Shown here piece after piece: positions 55,289 through 64,000 of a DNA stretch of 64,000 bases. The first letter of the stretch is position 1; every line of letters starts with the position of its first letter. The stretch comes from Nitrosopumilaceae archaeon (lineage in GTDB: Archaea; Thermoproteota; Nitrososphaeria; Nitrososphaerales; Nitrosopumilaceae), in NCBI GenBank assembly GCA_965209085.1, contig OZ242376.1:640001-704000 (forward strand), read 5' to 3'. The position numbers and the translations under genes were made by a program. The notes beneath the pieces are model-generated. The model was not told the origin of the DNA. It made no database searches and saw only the letters and a program-made list of their open reading frames with translations.

Positions 55289-56643
55289 AGACCTTATGCA
55301 TAATTAACCAAAAAATCAATTTTGACAAATCGAAAGATCTATGATCTAGTATCACATTCGTACAGCATGTGTGCCCCAGACAAGCGTATAATCGCCCAGC
55401 AAACAGAGATGATCTCCAAGCTTGAAGCAGAAATTCAACACTACAAAAAAACGATACATGATAATGAGGTCGAAAAGCAACAATCTGCCTACGAATATTT
55501 GAACCACATAATTGATGATGACAATTATTTGTACGGGACGACTGGAATGAACCGTGAAGAGTTTGAATGGATTCAGGAACGGTTTGAAAAAGTTATCGAA
55601 TATTCGCCCAAGGTCCCCCGCTTTTCAGATTATGTCGACGATCCTGGAAACACCTGTATTCTCACTGCATCTCAAATTTTGTTTGTCACACTGTGCCGCA
55701 AACGCAACAATCCTAAACAGGAATTGCTTGCGGCCATTGCAGGCGTTGATCAGAGCACCATTAGCAGATATCTGACCTTTTCTGATGAATTGTTGATGAA
55801 TATTCTTCCAACGGCTAAGAATATTGGTGCTGCAATACGGACAATACGTACAAGCGAGTTGTTTAAAAAATTCGTACCCGGTAGAGGCGGCGGCGAGCTG
55901 TATCTTGATGCCACGTTTGTACAGGTTCAAAGACCGCAGGAAAACCAAGAGGTAGTATACTCTGGAAAGCGTAAGAGGCACGTCTACAACGTACAGATAA
56001 CCTCAAACAAAGACGGGTTGGTACTTGACATTGGCGGACCTGAAGATGGCTCAGTACATGACATGGAGGTACTGCGGCGTAATCCGCCAAATTTTGGCAA
56101 ATGGACCGATGGCATGAAAAACTCTGATACAAAAAAAGAGCGCCAAATTATGCTATATACTGACAAGGGATATCTGTCCGTGGAAAAAGACTATCGGGGC
56201 ATTATCTCAAAGCAGCCGTACAAAAAACCAAAGGGTAAGGGATTGACAGAGACGGAACGTGAATACAGCAAGAGAATCAGTCGTAAGCGCATAAAAGTAG
56301 AGCATGCCATAAACCGGCTCAAATGGTTCCGCAGAATGAGTGCCGTATATGATGATACAATGGATGCGTTTTATACAGAAATCCAAGTGGTTACAGGACT
56401 GACCAATCTGCACATCATGTTAAAGGATCGCAAGTATATCGAACCGTTGGAAAAAGTTTGCGCTCAAATCAAGTAGCACATCTTTGTGCATACAGTCACG
56501 CATAATATTCTGCTTTTTGTCATGCATATGATATTTTGATTTATTTTGTTGTCTGCTTGAAGGTTTTAGGCCATGTGTACTTTGATCATGACAGCGTCAT
56601 AGTCGGAACCGTATGTCTCAGTGATTGATTATGCATAAGGCCT
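55289..56643 (+). mobile_element. IS5-family element A, intact (transposase 55322-56476)
   Basis: TIRs AGACCTTATGCATAAT / ATTATGCATAAGGCCT; ATT duplication; DDE motifs. Confidence 0.92.
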
Positions 56644-57246
56644 ATTACAAAAATGAGTGGGCACGCTCATTATAATATCATACTGCACGCCAGATATTGA
56701 CCAGATGTACATGTTGTCGTGTGGATTTGCAAACCTACATCGTTCCAACATGAATTACTGCAAACGGTGATCACATAATTGACATATGTGGCATATTGTC
56801 TCAGATTAACTGTAAATCATATTCCAGAATGTGATTTTTTAACATAACACTTTAATTATTAGGCATAATATGTTGTTATGTCGAATTTTTTATTACGCAA
56901 GACATCTACTATACCCCAAAGCATTAATTCGTTTAAAAAAACCGTCAATATTATCATAATATGACGAAGTTATAGATGTAAAAAACATGAATCATTTATG
57001 AACGTTATTCAGAATTTAAATGAATTTATGATCTGCGGTATAGAACGTTCTTTTTTGTACGCTTTTTCAAGTTGTTCTAATTTGTTCATGTGTATTGCAA
57101 TAATTTGGAGATCCAAATACTTTTCGGTTCGATAAATTTAGCTCATGAACTTTTGCGTGTGGCTAAAGAATGTCAAACTTTCTAACATGCGTTTTGACAT
57201 GGAAAATGCAGAGTAAAAGCGTCTTTGAAGAGGTGCTCAGTATAGT

Positions 57247-57323
57247 AGACTTCATGCATAATGGACCAAATTCACAATTTTTACGAATAAAAATGACTGA
57301 TTTTAATGATTATGCGTAAGGTT
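57247..57323. mobile_element. MITE copy just upstream of the giant surface-protein gene
   Basis: Matches 22380-22457 with a slightly decayed right TIR; AGT on both sides. Confidence 0.88.
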
Positions 57324-57358
57324 AGTTTAATATCTAGCCTCATACATCATAATACAAT

Positions 57359-60300
57359 ATGTATGTGGTATTCGCAATAATGTTGGTATTACTCTCACCT
57401 TTACCATTTACTTCGCCATTTATATACGATGATCAGGATATCTCAGTAAATCGTGCATATGGAGTAGAAAATAATGCCACGCAAACACTATCAATTATCA
57501 TAGTCCAGGATCTGTTCACATACCCCACATCTAGCATAACCAATAACGCCGAATATTCTTTATGGATTGCACAAGACATTACCACCGTTACTTTGAATGA
57601 TGCCGTATACGCGTTGGTCACATCTGTGGGTAACCACAGCGTCCAAATAATCAACATTACAGACCCCTCATCGCCGTCTGCTGTATCTAGCATACGTGAT
57701 GGTCATGGGGGTTTTGATACACTATACCGTCCACGTGGCATTACCACCGTTACTTTGAATGATGCCGTATACGCGCTGGTCACATCCTTTGGTGACAACG
57801 GCGTTCAAATAATAAACATTACAGACCCATCATCGCCGTCTGCTGTATCTAGCATAATTAATGGTTCTGATGGTTTTGATACACTACATCAACCACGTGG
57901 CATTACCACCGTTACTTTGAATGATGCCGTATACGCGCTGGTTGCATCCTTTGGTGATCACGGCGTTCAAATAATAAACATTACAGACCCATCATCGCCG
58001 TCTGCTGTATCTAGCATACGTGATGGTCATGGGGGTTTTGATACACTATATGGTTCAATCGACATTACCACCGTTACTTTGAATGACACCGTATACGCAC
58101 TGGTCACAGCCTTTAGTGATATAGGCGTCCAAATAATAAACATTACAGACCCCTCATCACCGTCTGCTGTATCTAGCATACGTGATGGTTTTGATGATTT
58201 TGATACACTACGTAATCCCGACTCTATTACCACCGTTACTTTGAATGACACCGTATACGCGCTGGTCACATCTTGGGGTAACGCGGGCGTTCAAATAATA
58301 AACATTACAGACCCCTCATCGCCGTCTGCTGTATCTAGCATACGTGATGGTCATGGGGGTTTTGATACACTGAGAACTCCGCGTGACATTACCACCGTTA
58401 CTTTGGAAAACGCCACATACGCACTTGTTATATCTGATCATTATCTTGAAAACGGCATCCAAATAATCAACATTACAGACCCCTCATCGCCGTCTGCCGT
58501 ATATGGAATACGTGATAGTTCATATGGTTTTGATACACTAAGCGCTCCACGTGGCATTACCGCCGTTACTTTGAATGACACCGTATACGCGCTAGTCACA
58601 TCCGCCGATGATGATGGTGTTCAAATAATAAGATTTGAAACCAAAGAAAAAGTCTTGTCAATAAAAAGCAGTAATAGAAACCCGGAATACGCAAAAGCAG
58701 AAGATACACTGACTGTCAAATTTAAAGTAAATGGTACAATTGATGAGGGTAACGCCACAATACTAGACTTGAATGCATCATCAAACTTTATTGATCAAGA
58801 CTTTACCGCTAGCATAACTGTGCCTGACACCGAACGGGAAGAGTATGCAAACTTTAGAGCAGTGGTTGAAAACAATCAAACTTCCAGCCTTGTTGTAACA
58901 CAGAATGATCTGCCTGCTCGAAACATATTCATTGATACCATACCCCCCACCATAACACTGATCGGGGATGCAAACTATACGGTATTTGCAGGCACTACAA
59001 ACCCGTCCATTCCAGGCGCCACTGTAAGCGATGGAGATCCAAAATATTCTAGCGATGTTACCATCACCCCAAACGGCACTTTGAATACAAGTAAAATCGG
59101 CTCTGTAATTCTCTATACGTATACGGCAGATTCAGATGAGGCAGGAAACCTTGCAACACACGTCAGCCGAACTGTGACAGTGATAGACTATGAACCCCTT
59201 GACATCACAGCCCTGACCGTGAGCAGTACTAATTCAGTGAACAGTACCAATTATGCAAAGGCAGACGATATTGTGATAATTCAGATCAACACCACTAGCA
59301 CCAATATTACAAGCATAACAGGCAGCATACCTGGCGGCATATTTACACCTGACATCTCTGGAAATGGTGGAATAATACGCCTGTACAAAATCATCGAACA
59401 AAGTGACACAAACGGCAACCTCACATTTGACATATCTGTGATAAATTCCAACGATTACGCAATCAGAGTTACACAAGATGACCTAACTAGTGAGAATATT
59501 ATAATAGATACAACGGCGCCAAACATAACACTTAACGGTGCAAACAACCCCGTATCAATACTGAATCGTACGTATGCGGATAAGAATGCAACAGCCTATG
59601 ATCTCTCGTACGGCTATAAAACAATCCTGCCAACAGGATCTGTGGACACAACTAGTGTGGGAAACTATACGCTCACTTATACTGCACCTGATGATTATGC
59701 AGGCAATCCAGGCAACACTGTATCCCGCACTGTACACGTCCAGGTTGCATCACCACCTGAAATTGTATCTAATGCCACGCAAATACTACCAATTGCCATA
59801 GTTCAGGGTCTGTTCACATACCCCACATCGAGCATAACCAATAGCGCCGAATATTCTTTATCGGATAGACTACAAGACATTACCACCGTTACTTTGAATG
59901 ACGCAGTATACGCGCTGGTCACATCCTCTGGTGACAACGGCGTCCAAATAATCAACATTACAGACCCCTCATCTCCGTCTGCTGTATCTAGCATACGTGA
60001 CGGTTCCAATGATTTTGATACACTAAATCAACCACACTCCATTACCACCGTTACTTTGAATGACACCGTATACGCGCTAGTCACATCTTTGGGTGACAAC
60101 GGCGTCCAAATAATCAACATTACAGACCCCTCATCTCCGTCTGCTGTATCTAGCATACGTGACGGTTCCAATGATTTTGATACACTAAATCGACCACACT
60201 CCATTACCACCGTTACTTTGAATGACGCAGTATACGCGCTGGTCACATCCTCTGGTGACAACGGCGTCCAAATAATCAACATTACAGACCCCTCATCACC

Positions 60301-63300
60301 GTCTGCTGTATCTAGCATACGTTACGGTTCCAATGGTTTTGATATACTAAATCGACCACACTCCATTACCACCGTTACTTTGAATGACGCAGTATACGCG
60401 CTGGTCACATCCTCTGGTGACGACGGCGTCCAAATAATCAACATTACAGACCCCTCATCACCGTCTGCTGTATTTAGGATACGTGATGATCATGATGGTT
60501 TTGTTGCACTAGACACTCCAAGTAGCATTATCACCGTTACTTTGAATGACACCGTATACGCGCTAGTCACATCCTATCGTGAGCACAACGTCCAAATAAT
60601 CAACATTACAGACCCCTTATCGCCGTCTCCCACATCTAATATAGGACGGTCTGATGGTGCTGGTGCCTTATTTTACCCGATTGACATTACCACCATTACT
60701 TTGAAAAACGTCACATACGCACTAGTTATATCTTGGCACGGGAGTTGTAGTTGCGTCCAAATAATCAACATTACAGACCCCTCATCACCGTCTCCCGTAT
60801 ATGCCATATATGATAATAATGCTGACTTTCGTCATCATAGTAATCCTGATGGTTTTGTTGCACTAGGTAATCCATACTCCATTACCACCGTTACTTTGAA
60901 TGACACAGTATACGCGCTAGTCACATCCTATGAAGGCATCCAAATAATAAGATTTGAAACCAAAGAAAAAGCCTTGTCAATAAACAGCAATAATGGAAAT
61001 TCGTATTACGCAAAAGAAGGAGATACACTGACTGTCAAATTTAAAGTAAATGGTACAATTGATGAGGGTAACGCCACAATACTAGACTTGAATGCATCAT
61101 CAAACTTTATTGATCAAGACTTTACCGCTAGCATAACTGTGCCTGACACCGAACGGGAAGAGTATGCAAACTTTAGAGCAGTGGTTGAAAACAATCAAAC
61201 TTCCAGCCTTGTTGTAACACAGAATGATCTGCCTGCTCGAAACATATTTGTCGATACCATACCCCCCACCATAACACTGATCGGGGATGCAAACTATACG
61301 ATATTTGCAGGCACTACAAACCAGTCCATTCCAGGCGCCACTGTAAGCGATGGAGATCCAAACTATTTTGGTCGTGTTTTCTCTTCAACAAACGGCACTT
61401 TGAACACAAGTAAAATCGGCTCTGTAATTCTCTACACGTATAAGGCAGATTCAGACCGGGCAGGAAACCTTGCAACACCCGTCTACCGAACCGTGACAGT
61501 GATAGACTATGAATCACTTGACATCACAACCCTGACCGTGAGCAGTACTAATTCAGTGAACAGTACCAATTATGCAAAGGCAGGCGATACTGTGAGAATT
61601 CAGATCAACACTACTAGCACCAATATTACAAGCATAACAGGCAACATACTTGGCAGTAGCTTTACACCTGAAACCTCTGGAAATGGTGGAATAATACACC
61701 TGAACAAAACCATAAAGCAAAGCGATACAAACGGCAACCTCACATTTGACATTTTTGTGGTAAATTCCAGCGATTACGCAATCAGAGTTACACAAGATGA
61801 CCTGACTAGTGGGAATATCATCATAGATACAACGGCGCCAAACATAACACTCAACGGTGCAAACAATACCGTATCCCTACTGAATCGTACATATGCGGAT
61901 AAAAATGCAACAGCATATGATCTCTCATACGGCTATAAAACCATCCTGCCAACAGGATCTGTGACCACAACTAGTGTGGGAAACTATACCCTCACCTATA
62001 CTGCACCTGATGATTATGCAGGAAATCCAGGTAACACCATATCACGTACTGTGATTGTTTCGGATGCGGCGCCGTTGGTGCTTGTAACTAAACTTATCCA
62101 CTCTCCGAGTGGAATACTAACAAAAGGTACTGATTTTTCAACCGATATACAACCTGAAAACATCAATCTGTTTGAAACAAGTGGTAAAACATATGCCTTG
62201 TTAGCGGAAGGATCCAGCGGAGCATGGATTATTGCAGACGTTACAAATCCTGCATTACCTAGTATAGTATATAATAATACCTTTTTCACACCTGCATTAA
62301 AAACATCCATCTTTACAATAGATAATACCCAATATGCCATAGCTGCAGGTGGTATCGGTATTACTAGTATAATCGACATCAGCTTACCTGCATCCCCCTC
62401 TATTATTGCAACACTTGTAAACGGCACAGACTATCCGCGACTATACAATGCACAAAGCGTTACAACCGTAACAATAGGCGCCTCAACTTTTGCACTGTTT
62501 GCATCGGCCCATCCTACAAACGGCGTCCAAATCATAGACGTTACAAACCCCCACAGCCCATCACATGTATCCTACCTTACCGATGATACGGATGGTTATT
62601 TGGAACTAGGAGACGCATCTGACATTACCACTGTAACAATCGGCGCATCCGTTTATGCCTTGGTGGCATCCTATGATAATGGCATCCAAATCATAGACAT
62701 TACAGACCCATACAACCCATTACCTGCATCAAATGTAACAGATGAAATGGACGGCTATGATGAACTAGATAGTCCAAGTAGCATCACCACCGTAACTGTA
62801 GGATCATCAGTTTATGCCTTGGTGGCATCCTTTAATGATAATGGCATCCAAATCATAAACATTACAGACCCATACAACCCATCAAATGCATCAAGCGTAA
62901 CAGATGGAATAGGCGGCTATGATGAACTAGATAGTCCATATGGGATCACCACCGTAACTGTAGGATCATCAGTTTATGCTTTGGTGACATCTTATTTTGA
63001 TAATGGCGTCCAAACAATAGACATTACAAACCCCTACAACCCCAAACCTGCATATTCTTTCATAGATAATACTGATGGTTATGAAAATCTGAATCAACCA
63101 CGAGATGTCATTACTGCAACCATAAATGGCGCAGCATATGCATTTATACCCTCAACTGAGGGTCTCCAAATAATAAAACTGGAATCACCACTGGTTAACA
63201 TAATTAGCAACAATACAAATCCAGCATATGCAAAAACAGGCGATACACTCACCATACAATTTGCCATAAATGATACAATCTCATCTCATACAAGCCAAAT

Positions 63301-64000
63301 ACTGGGATTAACCCCCGCCGTATCCATAAGCGGTGCAGATTTTAGTGCAACAATAACCGTACCTCCTGTACAAACTGAATCGTATGCAACCTTTGCAGCA
63401 GAGGTTGTAAACAATGATGGCGCAACCCTATCTGTGACAGAAAACGACGTACCACTAGCCTCCAACGTATTCATCGACACAATTGGACCTAGAATATCAC
63501 TCATCGGCGCCTCATCTTTTAATGTACCTTTGAATTCAACTGATCCGTTCATCCCTGGTGTAACCGTAACTGACGGGGACCCAAACTATCCTGATACCTT
63601 TACTACCACAATCATCGGCACTTTGGATACTAGTACTGTGGGATCTGTAATCTATACATATACTGCAGACTCTGATGCGGCAGGAAACTTGGGAGCTAGC
63701 ATCAACCGTACAGTAAGCGTAATAGATTATGATCCAATTAACATTACATCCCTGACTGTATCAAGTGATAATTCAAACGCCAGCGGCAATTATGCAAAGT
63801 CCGGCGATGTGATAACAATCACGCTTGTAACTGACGGATCTGATATTGGAAACGCAACAGGTAACATACAAGATGGCAACTTTACGTCAAATCCATTTGG
63901 CGGCAACATACTCTTCGAGAAAACCATTACAAATGATGATACAAACGGTAACCTCACATTTGACATATATGTGACAAATTCCACAGACCATGCAATCCGT
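57359..64000 (+). CDS. Giant secreted/surface protein with LVIVD-like beta-propeller repeats and Ig-like (DUF5011-like) domains; runs off the window (not in ORF track)
   Basis: ATG at 57359; signal-like MYVVFAIMLVLLSP...RAYG. Frame spot-checked open at 58.6, 59.8, 61.0, 62.0 and 64.0 kb. Repeat unit ITTVTLNDAVYALVTS..VQIINITDPSSPSAVSSI. Confidence 0.88.
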   Translation, partial: MYVVFAIMLVLLSPLPFTSPFIYDDQDISVNRAYGVENNATQTLSIIIVQDLFTYPTSSITNNAEYSLWIAQDITTVTLNDAVYALVTSVGNHSVQIINITDPSSPSAVSSIRDGHGGFDTLYRPRGITTVTLNDAVYALVTSFGDNGVQIINITDPSSPSAVSSIINGSDGFDTLHQPRGITTVTLNDAVYALVASFGDHGVQIINITDPSSPSAVSSIRDGHGGFDTLYGSIDITTVTLNDTVYALVTAFSDIGVQIINITDPSSPSAVSSIRDGFDDFDTLRNPDSITTVTLNDTVYALVTSWGNAGVQIINITDPSSPSAVSSIRDGHGGFDTLRTPRDITTVTLENATYALVISDHYLENGIQIINITDPSSPSAVYGIRDSSYGFDTLSAPRGITAVTLNDTVYALVTSADDDGVQIIRFETKEKVLSIKSSNRNPEYAKAEDTLTVKFKVNGTIDEGNATILDLNASSNFIDQDFTASITVPDTEREEYANFRAVVENNQTSSLVVTQNDLPARNIFIDTIPPTITLIGDANYTVFAGTTNPSIPGATVSDGDPKYSSDVTITPNGTLNTSKIGSVILYTYTADSDEAGNLATHVSRTVTVIDYEPLDITALTVSSTNSVNSTNYAKADDIVIIQINTTSTNITSITGSIPGGIFTPDISGNGGIIRLYKIIEQSDTNGNLTFDISVINSNDYAIRVTQDDLTSENIIIDTTAPNITLNGANNPVSILNRTYADKNATAYDLSYGYKTILPTGSVDTTSVGNYTLTYTAPDDYAGNPGNTVSRTVHVQVASPPEIVSNATQILPIAIVQGLFTYPTSSITNSAEYSLSDRLQDITTVTLNDAVYALVTSSGDNGVQIINITDPSSPSAVSSIRDGSNDFDTLNQPHSITTVTLNDTVYALVTSLGDNGVQIINITDPSSPSAVSSIRDGSNDFDTLNRPHSITTVTLNDAVYALVTSSGDNGVQIINITDPSSPSAVSSIRYGSNGFDILNRPHSITTVTLNDAVYALVTSSGDDGVQIINITDPSSPSAVFRIRDDHDGFVALDTPSSIITVTLNDTVYALVTSYREHNVQIINITDPLSPSPTSNIGRSDGAGALFYPIDITTITLKNVTYALVISWHGSCSCVQIINITDPSSPSPVYAIYDNNADFRHHSNPDGFVALGNPYSITTVTLNDTVYALVTSYEGIQIIRFETKEKALSINSNNGNSYYAKEGDTLTVKFKVNGTIDEGNATILDLNASSNFIDQDFTASITVPDTEREEYANFRAVVENNQTSSLVVTQNDLPARNIFVDTIPPTITLIGDANYTIFAGTTNQSIPGATVSDGDPNYFGRVFSSTNGTLNTSKIGSVILYTYKADSDRAGNLATPVYRTVTVIDYESLDITTLTVSSTNSVNSTNYAKAGDTVRIQINTTSTNITSITGNILGSSFTPETSGNGGIIHLNKTIKQSDTNGNLTFDIFVVNSSDYAIRVTQDDLTSGNIIIDTTAPNITLNGANNTVSLLNRTYADKNATAYDLSYGYKTILPTGSVTTTSVGNYTLTYTAPDDYAGNPGNTISRTVIVSDAAPLVLVTKLIHSPSGILTKGTDFSTDIQPENINLFETSGKTYALLAEGSSGAWIIADVTNPALPSIVYNNTFFTPALKTSIFTIDNTQYAIAAGGIGITSIIDISLPASPSIIATLVNGTDYPRLYNAQSVTTVTIGASTFALFASAHPTNGVQIIDVTNPHSPSHVSYLTDDTDGYLELGDASDITTVTIGASVYALVASYDNGIQIIDITDPYNPLPASNVTDEMDGYDELDSPSSITTVTVGSSVYALVASFNDNGIQIINITDPYNPSNASSVTDGIGGYDELDSPYGITTVTVGSSVYALVTSYFDNGVQTIDITNPYNPKPAYSFIDNTDGYENLNQPRDVITATINGAAYAFIPSTEGLQIIKLESPLVNIISNNTNPAYAKTGDTLTIQFAINDTISSHTSQILGLTPAVSISGADFSATITVPPVQTESYATFAAEVVNNDGATLSVTENDVPLASNVFIDTIGPRISLIGASSFNVPLNSTDPFIPGVTVTDGDPNYPDTFTTTIIGTLDTSTVGSVIYTYTADSDAAGNLGASINRTVSVIDYDPINITSLTVSSDNSNASGNYAKSGDVITITLVTDGSDIGNATGNIQDGNFTSNPFGGNILFEKTITNDDTNGNLTFDIYVTNSTDHAIR
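57578..58630 (+). repeat. Seven 162-bp (54-aa) tandem coding repeats; a second set at about 59880-60950 and a more diverged third set at about 62150-63180
   Basis: ATTACC(A/G)CCGTTACTTTG at 57578, 57740, 57902, 58064, 58226, 58388 and 58556. Confidence 0.9.

Larger units (their letters stand above)
52875..56907 (+). mobile_element. IS5 element B, second copy, carrying nested insertions
   Basis: Same TIRs and sequence as 44345-45601; interrupted at 53550 and 55288; flanking triplets differ (AAT/ACT). Confidence 0.92.

Noticed and set aside
57578-60950. Regular repeats with variable segments, as a possible CRISPR array
   Set aside because: The period is 162 bp and in frame within a long ORF, the variable parts are only a few codons, and no cas genes are present.
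57578-63180. Diversity-generating retroelement as the source of the hypervariable loops
   Set aside because: No reverse transcriptase or non-coding template repeat in the window; the differences are not confined to adenines and include indels.
1-64000. tRNA, rRNA or an integrase defining the island
   Set aside because: None recognised by eye; a tRNAscan/Infernal run would be needed to exclude them formally.

Overview
Archaeal window, most likely an ammonia-oxidising Nitrosopumilaceae-type thaumarchaeote. The evidence is a PEFG-CTERM surface protein, a LysW-dependent lys/arg cluster with two lysW/lysX pairs, and dph5. The giant repeat proteins and heavy IS load suggest, but do not prove, a host-associated lineage. 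Layout: (1) the 3' part of a giant repetitive surface-protein gene (<1-5614); (2) a core region with dph5, the lys/arg genes, a BglII-like R-M insertion, an ABC transporter, argG and msrA (6-21 kb); (3) a mostly AT-rich defence/IS island (21.4-57.3 kb) with IS630, IS5, IS110/IS1111 elements, MITEs, two fused R-M genes, a DUF262 + RelA/SpoT-like pair and a coupling-protein-like ATPase; (4) a second giant surface-protein gene, missing from the ORF track, with 162-bp propeller-type repeats and hypervariable loops (57359->64000). Main finding: the IS110/IS1111 elements carry a 3' non-coding region with two stem/internal-loop modules. One loop matches the element's own predicted circle junction. 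The other matches the insertion target. In one variant that target is the terminal inverted repeat of an IS5-dependent MITE; in a second variant it is the end of an IS630. This looks like a naturally reprogrammed archaeal bridge/seek-RNA system aimed at other transposons. All coordinates and alignments were done by eye and need computational confirmation.
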